Origin: the human T2T-CHM13v2.0 reference genome, Homo sapiens
Strand: one strand, 5' to 3'
NCBI RefSeq assembly: GCF_009914755.1
Contig: NC_060926.1
Length of the DNA: 64,000 nt
Shown: positions 20,583 to 37,824 of the stretch, piece by piece
How positions within the stretch are numbered: position 1 is the first letter of the stretch
Layout of the letters: the number at the start of each line of letters is the position of its first letter
Translations under genes and position numbers: made by a program
Notes under the pieces: model-generated
Seen by the model: the letters and a program-made list of their open reading frames with translations, nothing else
Told to the model about the DNA's origin: nothing
The model's database searches: none

Positions 20583-22439
20583 ATAATCATCTTTACCTCA
20601 CAGGTTGCTGTGGGGACTAAATGAGTTAATGAATGCAAAATGCTTAGCACAACGCTGGTGTATAGCAAGTACAAAATAGATGTTAGCTGCTGTCATTGCA
20701 TTCTTCCTGTTTAGGACCCTGTAGGGACTGGCTGCTGCCTACCTCTTCCATTGTGTCCAGAGCCATACTGTTGCTTGCCTTGCTCCAGAAACACAGACCT
20801 TTTCCCAGTTCCTCTTTCCTGCCCTAAGGTCTTTGTACATTTAGATGTGTTTCTCCGGCCTAGAATGGCCTACCTCTGGTTCTCACAGGTCTGCTCCTCT
20901 CCAGCTGCCCAGTCTCAGTGTGATTGCTGCCTTCTCAGAGGGGACCTCCCGACCACCTCTTTAAGTGAGTTCTTCCCTGGTACTCTCGCCATAATATCCT
21001 CTATGGTCATGTTACACAATTTTCTTAGTTTTGAAATTAGATATATATGTTTTGACACTTTCACTGCCTGACTGCCCGATGCCATACGGCTAGCGCCTTG
21101 TAAGTAGGGAAGAGTATTATAAACCCAGTGCTTGGCATGGGTCCTGGCATATATGAAATGAGTTTCAATGTTATAACTCCATCCTCACTCTTCATTGTGC
21201 TACCTCTCCTCTACTAGTGCCACACAAACATTTTTATAGGAGTGGAAAGATTGAAATGAATAACAAGTGAAGTCTGAAAAGAATTCTTAAAAAATCAAAA
21301 TGTAGCCTTAAGATGTGGTATCCTAAGGTGGGGAAAGACTATGCTCTGGCGGTGGTGGGGCATTTGGAGGCTGGGGAAGTGTAGGAACCTCGAGGCTAAT
21401 TGTGTGTGTGTCCCAGGGTGTGCTTCACAGCAGAAAAGGCTGTTAGAGTGAGTGTGGAGGGACACTGAGAAGGAATTTCACAGATCTTACAACTTTTACA
21501 CTCTGCTGAAGTAGAAAACTTTTTGAACATCTGTCCCCTGCCCCCCCGCCCCCCCGTGTTTCTGGAAGGAGGTATTTTATTCAGCGTGATTTGTGGGGTA
21601 ATATATTTAAATTTCTGAGCGCTGTCTGGTTTTGTTCTTCCATTCCTCATGGTGGGCTAACTTCTGACAATATTTTGGAAGAGGACAGAAGCAAGACCAA
21701 ACAAAATATGCATTGTCTGCCCCCACCACCCTCCCCATGTGCTTTAGATGTCAGGCATCAAACATATTAAAACAAAGCGACCAATTCAGCCCTGCTTCCT
21801 CTGAATGCTTCTCACAGTGACACAGATATTGGTCACAATTTCCCCTTTGGCAACTTCCCTGTGTACTCCCAGGAAAGTCCCAAATGACATGCTCAGTTGC
21901 CAGACCCCATAGACTGACGTGGCTTGTGAGGGGCTTGCCATAGCCTGCAATGTCAAATGTCTAATGAGACATTCCAGAGCTGCTGAGAGGGGAAGATTCT
22001 GCACCCCCGTCTCCGTGACCCCCTCCACCCCATGAGCTGCTGAGAGAGGGAGTCTCCCTGGGGCTCTCTAAATAGCTTCTGAGGCTTTAAGAACAAAAGC
22101 CACACAGAGCCTGGCTGGCAACTGCTGTGGCTAATTTTATTTTCATCAGGCAAGACCCAAGGCAGGGATGCCTGAGAGAGATTGTGAAAAGTGTATGTTT
22201 TGTTTTTCTGTTCAGCAGTTAGTCACACACCAAAATTTGAAATGGCTTCAACTAAACTTTTTGGAGAGAAGAGAAACAAGAGGAAAGAGAAAGAGAGAGA
22301 GAGAGAGATATTATGAAGCATAAACCAACCTCTAAATAGATGATCCACACTAAAAGTACTGTAATTGCACATAACAAGTGGCAGGAAAGAAAACTAACAC
22401 CAGAAAATGAACTCTGACTGTAGGCTAGGCATTCTGGGA

Positions 22440-22620
22440 GTCACTTTACATTTATTATATCTTGTTACATCATCACAACAGAAAAAGTAGGAGTATTTTT
22501 ATTCCTCTTTAAGAAACTGAGACTCAGTGAGCTCAACTAACTTCCGAAGATGACACAGCTAATAAGTAGAAGACATAGGATTTAAACCTTGGTCTGTCTG
22601 ATTCTAAAGCCCATGTCCTT
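22440..22620 (-). mobile_element. MIR fragment
   Basis: GAAACTGAGACTCAG...ACACAGCTAATAAGTAGAAG...GGATTTAAACC core. Confidence 0.7.
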
Positions 22621-22659
22621 CCTATGAAACTTTGCTATTGCTATAAAAGACCAAGTGGA

Positions 22660-23276
22660 TGGGACCGTAAACTAGTTCAACCATTGTGGAAGACAGTGTG
22701 GCAATTCCTCGAGGATCTAGAACTAGAAATATCATTTGACCCAGCCATCCCATTACTGGGTATATACCCAAAGGATTATAAATCATGCTGCTATAAAGAC
22801 ACACGTACACGTATGTTTATTGTGGCACTATTCATAATAGCAAAGACTTGGAACCAACCCAAATGTCCATCAATGATAGACTGGATTAAGAAAATGTGGC
22901 ACATATACACCATGGAATACTATGCAGCCATAAAAAAGGATGATTTAATGTCCTTTGTAGGGACATGGATGAAGCTGGAAACCATCATTCTGAGCAAACT
23001 ATCGCAAGGACAGAAAACCAAACACCACATGTTCTCACTCATAGGTGGGAATTGAACAATGAGAACACTTGGACACAGGGTGGGAAACATCACATACTGG
23101 GGCCTGTCATGGGGCAGGGGGATGGGGGAGGGATAGTATTAGGAGAAATACCTAATGTAAATGACGATTTGATGGGTGCGGCACACCAACATGGCACATG
23201 TATACCTATGTAACAAACCTGCACATTGTGCACATGTACCCTAGAACTTAAAGTATAATAATAATAAAAAATAAAT
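22660..23276 (+). mobile_element. 5'-truncated L1PA (about L1PA5) 3' end
   Basis: ORF2 C-terminus in ORF 22624-23055. 15-bp TSD AAAAGACCAAGTGGA at 22645-22659 and 23277-23291. Confidence 0.95.
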
Positions 23277-23337
23277 AAAAGACCAAGTGGAAGAGGCTTC
23301 CAATAACCAAAAAATATGAAGAAATATTTTTAATTTT

Positions 23338-23340
<3 letters not shown>

Positions 23341-23375
<35 letters not shown>
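23341..23375. repeat. (AC)n microsatellite
   Basis: About 17 AC units. Confidence 0.97.
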
Positions 23376-23378
<3 letters not shown>

Positions 23379-23698
23379 TTATTTTATTTTATTTTATTTT
23401 ATTTTATTTTTTTTTGAGACAGTGTCTTACTCTGTCACCCAGGCTAGAATGTTGTGGTGCAATCATGGCTCACTGCAGCCTTGACCTCCCTGGGCTCAGG
23501 TGATCCTCCCACATCAGCCTCCTGGGTAGCTGGGAATACAGGTGGCTGCCACCATGCCTGACTAACGTTTGCATTTTTTGTAGAGATGAGGTTTCGCCAT
23601 ATTGCCCAGGCTAGTCTCGAACTCCTGGACTCAAGTGATCTGCCTGCCTTGGCCTCCCAAAGTGCTGGGATTACAGGTGTGAGCCACAGTGCCTGGCC
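23376..23698 (-). mobile_element. Alu (AluJ-like)
   Basis: Reverse Alu with (TTTTA)n tail. Confidence 0.9.
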
Positions 23699-24681
23699 TA
23701 CTGAAAAATACTAAGAAATGTTTATTTAGCACTTGCTATGTGCTAAGCATTACGCAAGGTATTGTATTTCTGGGTGCTCCAATTCGTTTGGTCCTTAATA
23801 CTGCTAGTTAAAAGGGCCTATTGGAACATGACTCCTGATAATTTAAAATATCATCCAAAGTCTGTAGTTGGATCAGTTAAGGTAATACTAGGCTGATTTA
23901 ACAATAGTAAGGTATAGGGAGATCTTATTTGCTTTTCATTCTTTCCTCTAACCTCATAGATTTAAGAGTTCCTAATTATCCTGGATTTCCTAAACTTCAC
24001 CTTTCCTAATGCATTTTTCTAGTCTCATTACTACCTTTCCTTTTTCTTTTTTTAACCCTCATCTCTTAAAAAAACTTCCTAGAAAGTCATTTTTGATAAT
24101 ATTTTATAGTTTGTCTTTATTTTTGTGATAGACACAAATAATTACATACTCCACTGTAACTAAATGAGGAAGGCTAGAGAGGGATGAAAGACAAGGTGAA
24201 GACAGAAGTAAGAACAGAGCCAACGTCACTTTCTAAACCAAAGATGATTTTTCTGTACAAATTATAGAAAGAATCAGGTATAGACTGACTATATACATGG
24301 TAGATAGTGTTCAAAATTGGGATAATGTAATAAATATGAATAGTAAACACGAAATGCCATCATAAACCTCCCGTTTGGACTATTATAGTACATCTTATTT
24401 GGAAAATTCTCCTAGTCAATCACACAGTGGTTTCCCAATTACAACCCAACAGTGAACATTTTACGTTATATTTCTGCCCACACTCCTTAAGTGTCCATTG
24501 TGCTGAAGGAGCTTTAAGCTTTTAAATTAAAGCTACATATCTGTGTAACAGCTGGAATTTATTTCCTTAGGAATGGTATCTGTCCTTTCAGCCATAGAAC
24601 TTGAGAGGTAAAAACATTTTCACTGATTTTGATACAAGTTCAAATTCCTCAGATATAAAATATCATTAACATAAAACTTAC

Positions 24682-24891
24682 CTTTAGATGTTTCCCAGAA
24701 TACAAAAGAATCAATTAAAGACAAGCCTTGTTTATAATAAAAGGTAGTTAACTCCAGCCAATCAGCATCAAGTGTACTAATGACTGATCCTTTTCTTGTT
24801 ACTTTCATTGACAGGATGCCTTCCTGATAGGCCCAGGAGGTTGAATCATCATCAAAAGCATTGAAGACTGTATACAATTTGTTATCTGAGG
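24682..24891 (-). CDS. RFTN2: RFTN2 internal coding exon (probably exon 5), 210 nt, (A)SDNKLYTVFNAFDDD...DSFVFWETSK
   Basis: Within ORF 24620-24961. Pyrimidine tract then gcctag acceptor; donor AAG|gtaag. Symmetric phase 1-1. Confidence 0.95.
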
Positions 24892-25901
24892 CTAGGCATT
24901 CAGAAGGAGAAAAAAGGGGAAAATTATAATTTTGTTGATCAAAGATTCTTAATTTTTTCACTAATCATGAGATATTCCAAGCATACAAACAAGCACTCAG
25001 CTTAATCAAATGTCAATAATATGCTATATTTGTTTCAGACTATTTTTTCAAAGAAATGAGAAATGGATACGGTTGAGGCTACTATGTGGTATCCTCTAAT
25101 TCTATTCTCCAGAAATAAGTACTATAATGAAGTTGGTGTTTATCATTCTCATGCAAGCTTTTAATCTTTTAATACACACTTATATAACCATAAATGATGT
25201 GTAACATTTTACAGTTTGAAAATTTTTTTAAAAATGGTATCCTACTGTAGATATGAATTGACCTTTTGTTCAACATGCCTTTGAAATGTAAATAACCATA
25301 TAGATCTTATTCGTTTATTTTAACTGCTACATAGTATGCCAATGTTCTAGTCTCCTTTTGGTGGACATATGCAATATTTCCAATTTTTCTGTTATTACCA
25401 ACTTTGTATCTCTTTGGACATGTGTGAGAGTGACCCTAGAACAGACATGGAAATGCTGGATCATATCTTCTGCTTTACTAGGAATTGGCAAATTCTTAAC
25501 GTAGGGTCAGTGGATCCACACCTATGTTTGTGTTTTAGGAAGCTTAACATCACCGGTATGACAGACAAAAGTATCTGGATTCCATGGATTTCACCAGATA
25601 CTCAAAGAGGTCTTTTGTGAATTATTGCTACCCCCATTCTCCCTCTTCTAATTAAAAACCACTGCTACAGAAAAGTTATTGAGAAGTACATACTTTAAAA
25701 ATACTGAGAGAGAGGAATCTAAAGATTGATAGTTACATTAAGTACTATATTGGATTTAGAACTTAAAGGAATAGAAATAGACATCTGATTTGCTCAAAGT
25801 AAGGGTGGGAACTCACATGGAGTTTAAAGGTAGGAATGGGTGGAAGATAGTGAATAGCTCTCTGACCATAATTCTGATACCTCTTGTTCACTTTTACATT
25901 C

Positions 25902-26279
25902 TGATACGGTTTGGCTGTGTCCCCACCCAGATCTCATCTTGAATTGTAGTTCCCATAATCCCCACATGTTGTGGGAGGGATCAGATAGTGATAGTTGAAT
26001 CATGGGAGCGGTTTCCCCCATCCTGTTCTAATAACAGTGAGTTAGTTCTCATAGGATCTGATGGTTTTATAAGGGGCCTCCCCCTTTGCTGGGCTTTCAT
26101 TCTTCTCTCTCCTGCCACCATGTGAAGAAGGACATGTTTGCTTTCCCTTCTGCCATGATTGTCAGTTTCCTAAGGCCTCTCCAGCCATGCTGGACTGTGA
26201 GTCAATTAAATCTCTTTCCTTTATAAATTACCCAGTCTAGGGTATTTCTTTATTTGCAGCATGAGAACAGACTAATACA
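25902..26279 (+). mobile_element. THE1 (THE1C/D-like) MaLR solo LTR
   Basis: TGATACGGTTTGGCTGTGTCCCCACCC ... GACTAATACA. 5-bp TSD CATTC at 25897-25901 and 26280-26284. Confidence 0.93.
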
Positions 26280-27388
26280 CATTCCTATACTTTTTACATT
26301 GCAGAAAAATCAGGGACATTGTTAGCTAGGGAATGGGTGAGAAAAGAGGAGGGTGGTGGTGATGATGGTGGAGATGGGTGCGATCTAAGTTGGTAAATGC
26401 TCCCAGTTATTTCTTCAGGAGGTGGAGCTTATGTGGCTAAATGAATCTCTGCCATGTATAGGATGCTAAGCACATCAAAACATAACCCAGAAAGCCTGAC
26501 ACCAAGGCGTGCTCCTCCAGTGCCAACACTGATGGAAGGATCAGTTAATAGCAGTTAATATAGAGTTTATTCTGTACCAGGCACTGGGTCAAACACTTTG
26601 TAGACATTTCTTATTTACTTCTCACAACAACCCAATGAGGGAGTTCTTACTATTACCCCTTTTTATAAAGAAATTGAGGTATCTGATTCCAGAGCCCATG
26701 TTGTTAATGCTAAGGTATATGTAGCCTTTGCTTTTCTCTGATAGTGCTTTTTTAAAGCATGCCCACAAAGGTATCAGAAAACTTTGAATGGTCCCAAATG
26801 CATGAATAAAATACTCTCAGTTTCTTTGGAAGACTTGCTAGCTGGCACAGAAGAATACAACTGTTGTTCAAAGTTATTTTAGGATGCAGGCACTATTGTT
26901 ATATTAATTGTTTCATTATGATGTGCCAGTTTCACATTCTAGTTGATGATCAAAGAAAGCCAATTAATTTCAAAGGTTAAAACCATCCATGAAATGGGAA
27001 AGGCCAAAATGAAAATTCTCACATGCTGTTTATTAGTACAAACATAAATCAGAACAGCTTTTTAGACCTAATAGACTCACTTATTTGGTACACATGTACA
27101 GCCTCCAATTTATGAGGGAGTTTTGGATGACTAAATAGAAACCAATCTTCAACACAAAGTTTCATTATGTGGATGGCATTTTATGTTCTGCCAGAGACAA
27201 CTGTCTAAAAAACTGCCCTGCCTTATTGCTAGCTGTAATAACTTTTAAAAATCATGAGGTTTGTATTAGTTCATTTAGTCATTATAATCTTTAGCAATTT
27301 ACTTTGACTCATATTTCTAAAAAAAACCTCAAAAACTTATTTTGCTTAAACTATAGTATATTCTCTTTCTACTAATCTTGTCTATTAC

Positions 27389-27668
27389 CTTCTCCCTTTC
27401 TTGATTTAGAGGAAGTAGGGCTGCCATTTTGTTCCATTTGATACTGTCCACTTTCATGATGAAGTTCTTCCTCAATTCCGCTTTCAGATGACTGCCCACT
27501 TAACGTCCCTTCATTCCAACTTCTACAGTTTTCATCTGAACCGTGTCTCACATGTAGCATCGATTCTATATCTCCATCATGGTTGGTTCCATTGCAGAAT
27601 TTAGATGGAGAATAATGCTGTGATATGAATCCAACAAATTTCATTCCTCTTTTAGCAGCGACATTAAT
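27389..27668 (-). CDS. RFTN2: RFTN2 internal coding exon (probably exon 4), 280 nt, INVAAKRGMKFVGFISQHY...SSKSRKGE
   Basis: Overlaps ORF 27372-27644. Acceptor ttttaaatatcag, donor AAG|gtaata. Phase 0 to 1. Confidence 0.95.
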
Positions 27669-28620
27669 CTGATATTTAAAAAGAGATGGCAGAACAAAAT
27701 GTAAACTCTATTTTCATTGATTACTTTATCAATTAACCTTTAGGCTTATTGAGGAAATCCACTAGAAGATGGAGTAACTTGACCAGTGACAAGACTCATT
27801 CATAAACTAATGAATCACCTGTAAAATAGCACTGCCCCCAAGACCATGCCACATGATCATCATGACCTTCAAACAGAACCAAATATACTTTAGAAATTAT
27901 GAAAACAGGAATTATTTTTCCCTGAAGGGCCACTGTTTGGGAAGAACTAATAATTCTGTAGCATGATTTTTGCAGACCGTTTAACAATGGTGTCTCCAGT
28001 TGGAGCAAAATTAAAACCTATTCCAAGAAATTCCTAAAAATAACATTACCAAATACATCTTCATTAATAAAGGTTTATTAAATTAAAAGCAAAATACATA
28101 TAGTTTTGTTTGTTTGATGGTATCAAAGAAAAATGTTAAAAGACTGATTCTTGACGAATGTGTAGGTATAAAGCACAAGCCCAATTTATACCACTACTCT
28201 TACAAAGCTTTCTGATCGGCTTATGTCTTTATGGTATTGTCTCCTATGTGGGCCAAACACATAGGATTAGATTAAATCCTATCAGTTAAAGAATAGGATT
28301 CTGAAGCACATGATATAATATCAGTGAAATAATTTTTGGGAACTTAAGAATGCTTATTTTTTATTTTTTATTTTTTTTTTATTTTTAAGGATTATTTATT
28401 TATTTATTTATTTTTATTATACTTTAAGTTTTAGGGTACATGTGCACATTGTGCAGGTTAGTTACATATGTATACATGTGACATGCTGGTGCGCTGCACC
28501 CCCTAACTTGTCATCTAGCATTAGGTATATCTCCCAATGCTATAGCTCCCCCCTCCCCCCACCCCACAACAGTCCCCAGAGTGTGATATTCCCCTTCCTG
28601 TGTCCATGTGATCTCATTGT

Positions 28621-32462
<3,842 letters not shown>

Positions 32463-32510
32463 TTATTTTGCTCGTTAGTTGATGCAGTTTCTTCCTAGTC
32501 TCAATGGTCT

Positions 32511-33527
32511 TTACATTTTGGCATGATTTTGCAGCGGCTGGTACCGGTTGTTCCTTTCCATGTTTAGTGCTTCCTTCAGGAGCTCTTTTTGGGCAGGCCT
32601 GGTCATGACAAAATCTGTCAACATTTGCTTGTCTGTAAAGTATTTTATTTCTCCTTCACTTATGAAGCTTAGTTTGGCTGGATATGAAATTCTGGGTTGA
32701 AAATTCTTTTCTTTAAGAATGTTGAATATTGGCCCCCACTCTCTTCTGGCTTGTAGGGTTTCTGCCGAGAGATCCGCTGTTAGTCTGATGGGCTTCCCTT
32801 TGAGGGTAACCTGACCTTTCTCTCTGGCTGCCCTTAACATTTTTTCCTTCATTTCAACTTTGGTGAATCTGACAATTATGTGTCTTGGAGTTGCTCTTCT
32901 CGAGGAGTATCTTTGTGGCGTTCTCTGTATTTCCTGAATCTGAACGTTGGCCTGCCTTGCTAGATTGGGGAAGTTCTCCTGGATAATATCCTGCAGAGTG
33001 TTTTCCAACTTGGTTCCATTCTCCGCATCACTTTCAGGTACACCAGCCAGACGTAGATTTGGTCTTTTCACATAGTCCCATATTTCTTGGAGGCTTTGCT
33101 CATTTCTTTTTATTCTTTTTTCTCTAAACTTCCCTTCTCACTTCATTTCATTCATTTCATCTTCCATTGCTGATACCCTTTCTTCCAGTTGATCGCATTG
33201 GCTCCTGAGGCTTCTGCATTCTTCACGTAGTTCTCGAGCCTTGGTTTTCAGCTCCATCAGCTCCTTTAAGCACTTCTCTGTATTGGTTATTCTAGTTATA
33301 CATTCTTCTAAATTTTTTTCAAAGTTTTCAACTTCTTTGCCTTTGGTTTGAATGTCCTCCCGTAGCTCAGAGTAATTTGATTGTCTGAAGCCTTCTTCTC
33401 TCAGCTCGTCAAAGTCATTCTCCATCCAGCTTTGTTCTGTTGCTGGTGAGGAACTGCGTTCCTTTGGAGGAGGAGAGGCGCTCTGCGTTTTAGAGTTTCC
33501 CGTTTTTCTGTTCTGTTTTTTCCCCAT
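32511..33527 (-). pseudogene. L1 ORF1 with an internal nonsense codon
   Basis: MGKKQNRKTGNSKTQS...MNEMK* (TGA at 33138-33140), resuming in the same frame to ...LQNHAKM. Confidence 0.95.
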
Positions 33528-34428
33528 CTTTGTGGTTTTATCTACTTTTGGTCTTTGATGATGGTGATGTACAGATGGGTTTTTGGTGTGGATGTCCTTT
33601 CTGTTTGTTAGTTTTCCTTCTAACAGACAGGACCCTCAGATGCAGGTCTGTTGGAATACCCTGCCGTGTGAGATGTCAGTGTGCCCCTGCTGGGGGTGCC
33701 TCCCAGTTAGGCTGCTCAGGGGTCAGGGGTCAGGGACCCACTTGAGGAGGGAGTCTGCCGGTTCTCAGATCTCCAGCTGCGTGCTGGGAGAACCACTGCT
33801 CTCTTCAAAGCTGTCAGACAAGGACATTTAAGTCTGCAGAGGTTACTGCTGTCTTTTTGTCTGTGCCCTGCCCCCAGAGGTGGAGGCTACAGAGGCAGGC
33901 AGGCCTCCTTGAGCTGTGGTGGGCTCCACCCAGTTGGAGCTTCCTGGCTGCTTTGTTTACCTAAGGAAGCCTGGGCAATGGCGGGCGCCCCTCCCCCAGC
34001 CTCACTGCCGCCTTGCAGTTTGATCTCAGACTGCTGTGCTAGCAATCAGCGAGACTCCGTGGGCGTAGGACCCTCCGAGCCAGGTGCCGGATATAATCTC
34101 GTGGTGCGCCGTTTTTTAAGCCGGTCCGAAAAGCGCAATATTCGGGTGGGTGTGACCCGATTTTCCAGGTGAGTCCGTCACCCCTTTCTTTGACTCGGAA
34201 AGGGAACTCCCTGACCCCTTGCGCTTCCCAAGTGAGGCAATGCCTCGCCCTGCTTCGGCTCGCGCACGGTGCGCGCACCCACTGACCTGCGCCCACTGTC
34301 TGGCACTCCCTAGTGAGATGAACCCGGTACCTCAGATGGAAATGCAGAAATCACCCGTCTTCTGCGTCGCTCACGCCGGGAGCTGTAGACCGGAGCTGTT
34401 CCTATTCGGCCATCTTGGCTCCTCCCCC
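33528..34428 (-). promoter_or_regulatory. L1 5'UTR internal sense and antisense promoter, CpG-rich, YY1 site intact
   Basis: CAAGATGGCC (plus strand GGCCATCTTG, 34408-34417); many CpGs retained at 33980-34410. Confidence 0.8.
33978..34172 (+). pseudogene. L1 antisense ORF0, truncated to 64 aa
   Basis: MAGAPPPASLPPCSLISDCCASNQRDSVGVGPSEPG...TRFSR* is the primate L1 ORF0 sequence with an early TGA. Confidence 0.8.
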
Positions 34429-36368
34429 AGGAATGCTTATTTTTACACTCAGCACTTTTCCCATTGACATATCGGTAAGAGTTAGCTTTTGTTGAAATGT
34501 AACAGCCAAAAACCTAAGGCCTGTTCCTCTCTGCTTTTACTTCGTTTCTTTGTTCTATTTTCTTCATGTGTTCAACTGGCAGCTCCTTTGAAGGCTGACG
34601 TAGGGGACTGTGTCTTATCCTTCTTTGTATTGCAGTGTTTTCTACTCATAGGTGCTCTATAAGTACTTGTTAAATTAGTTAAATGAAGAAATAGCAATGT
34701 CTTTTATATGGCTACTGTTTTAAACATTTAAATTAAATGTTGTAAATGTTACCTGGGAGGAGAAGAAAGAAAAAGAATTATGATGGAGGTTGCAAATGCA
34801 AACATTTAGAGTCAGAATGAAATGGAGTGAGAAAAGCCAGGAAGAACTGGGGCAGAACAGAGAGCAATGCCCAGTCAATGGGGGCAACTTAATTCACTCA
34901 GCTCCAGCTTGTGAGGCAGGAGAATTCTGAGAGCGGGGAGAGAGTGTGGGTGTGTGGAGCTAGGACAAGGGACTGGAGCTGGTGAAACAGCATTTGTTCC
35001 TATGAATTAACATATTGAGATTGTAACCATTTAAAACAACCACAAATTTTCCTTTATATCAGTTGTCCTGGGAGAGAAGAAGAGGGAGGGATAGAGATAT
35101 GGCATATTCTGCAGGTAGAAATGGGTGCATTTACCGTCAGTGCTTCCTCTAGGTCTTGTTAGTTGATTTGAGTGAAAAGATGCAGAAAAACTTTTTTCTA
35201 TTACTAGGAACTTTTATCTGGAAAGGACTGGTAACAAATAAAGTATTAATTTTTTTTCCATTTTTAAGTTGGAGGATTGATATTTTTAAAATGTTATTTT
35301 TAGTTTAAAATTCTGAGAAAAATACTTACAAACTGAATTTTAAAATTAGAGTGAACACTGGTATAATGTTAGAACTTGACTTAAAAGTTAGCTGTTCAAC
35401 AACCAACTTTTTACACAAGGCAGCCGCTCAAAAATAATATTTGGCAATTCATCTATGGCTCTTGTTCATACCCGGAGCAATGCTCAAATATTTCATGTGC
35501 TATGTTTCCTGAAGCTTTTCTCTTAATGAAATAACCCTGTTGCTCTAATTGCTGAAATAACAGTACTTTCCTGTTTAAATAGATCTTTAACTGTGTCCAG
35601 GAAGTCAAATGCAAAACAAGGGCTCTGACGGTGATCTATTAAGACTAAATTAGTAGCTACATTTTTGTTTTCAAATGAAATTTGCTGGAGTGGATTTATT
35701 ACCAGAAAAAAAATTTCCCAGAATAGTGCTAATAAACAATATGCGTAGTTTGTTTATAAAATTTAGTCTCAAAGACTAAAAACCCTTATTGAATAGTGAC
35801 TTTGTGCCTAAATGGGAAATAATCATTAGCAACTATAACTGACTATCCCCAAACCACAGATAATCTTACATACATAGTATTTAACGCTTGGAAACAACTA
35901 GAGAAACAAGTGAACACATTTCAGTTTCTTACCTGAAAGGAAATGCTTTAGATTTTAGCTGTATGTATTTAAATAAAAAGTAAAACCTTATAAATATGTC
36001 AATGCAGTGGAAAAGAAACACCTTTCACCATAAAATCCCATCAATTTAGAATATTTATGAATGTACAACTTTTTTGTTTTAATCAATACATATACAACAT
36101 TTAACTTTTCATTTAAGTTTCAATTAAGTTATATTGTATAGACTTTTCTCTCTTGACAGTCAATATAGTTGTCATGTTTAATGCCTATAAAATATTCTAT
36201 TATATTAATCCATCATTGTCTTTTTCAAAGTCTTCCAGTTATTGAGAATTTGGACCCTTATTCACTGTTGGTTAAATATCTTTGTATAAAAATTATTTCT
36301 TCCCCTTTTCAATTATTTTCTTAAAATCAATTCCTAAGGAGGGGATTAAAAAATAAAATGGGATTTAT

Positions 36369-36648
<280 letters not shown>

Positions 36649-36744
36649 GACAAAATGGGATTTATGATTCTTCTTACTAAATAGATATTCAGGAATACTG
36701 CATTAATTACAATGCCAGTTGTATTATGAATGTTAGCTTTTCTT

Positions 36745-37058
36745 TGTTTTTATTATTGTTATTATTATTAGAGATAGAGTCTTGCTCTGTCACCCAGGCT
36801 GGAGTGTAGTGGCTTGATCACAGCTCACTGCAGGCTCACTTCTAGGCTCAGGTGATCCTCCTGTCTTACCCTCCTGAGTACATGGTACTACAGGCATGTG
36901 CCACCACGTCCTGCTGATTTTTTTTTCTTTCAGGTTTTGTAGAGTTGGGGGTCTTGCTATGTTGCTTAGGCTGGTCTTGGAACTCCCGGCCTCAAGTGAT
37001 CCTCCTGCCTCGGCCTCCAAAAGTGTTGGGATTACAGGTGTGAGCCACCACACCTGGC
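36745..37058 (-). mobile_element. Alu (AluJ-like)
   Basis: Reverse Alu. Confidence 0.9.
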
Positions 37059-37824
37059 CTTAACTTGTCTTAAAGCTTTGCTAATACTGGATTTTAATTA
37101 AATTTCCTGGTTTAATACTGGTGAGGTATTAGTTCTCAGTTTTTATTTACATTAAACATTATTAGGTTGAACCTGTTACCAACTGTCTCCTAATTATTGA
37201 CGTTTCTTTCTTTTATATTTGCTGTCCATTGTCTCTCTCTGTCCATTTAAGACGGCATATTACTTTCATGAATTTGTATTCCTTTCCTGTAATGTATATT
37301 TTGAAAACGAACCTCCTATAGGACATGTCTGTTGCAGATTTCTCTTTGATTCTTCTTTTTTAAGCTTAGTTTTCCTAGTACAGTTAAGTTATATTTATAT
37401 ACTCAAACTCCTTAATCTATTCATTGACTATATTTACTCTTCCATTTTCTTTTGTTTTTTTATATTAAAAAATTACCTCTTTATCTCATCTGAAATGTGG
37501 AATTTATTCTCTGCAGAACAATTGCCTACTTTCCCAACAGCATTCATTAAATAATGGTTGTTCCTCCATTTTATTTCATCAGGTTTGTCATTAAACTTCT
37601 TATATTTGTTTAAATTTAGTTCTGGTTGTCCATTTTGTTTCACTGGCTTGTATTTCTGTTTTAAACGCTTTACCATTTGGCACAAGTACTTCGATATGTT
37701 TTAAATTCTGGTAGAAAAGTTACCTGTCATTTCCTTATTCTTTTTAGGGTAAAAAAGGGAATTGATGAAGATGAAATACCAAATGTTTGTCAATATCCCA
37801 TGAAAAAGTGCATAAATTTAGTAC

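Noticed and set aside
21536-21556. C-run tract (minus-strand G-quadruplex or SP/KLF site)
   Set aside because: Short and common, with no supporting context.
21976-22050. Direct repeat GAGCTGCTGAGAG in repeat-poor sequence
   Set aside because: A 13-bp two-copy match is too weak to call regulatory without conservation data.
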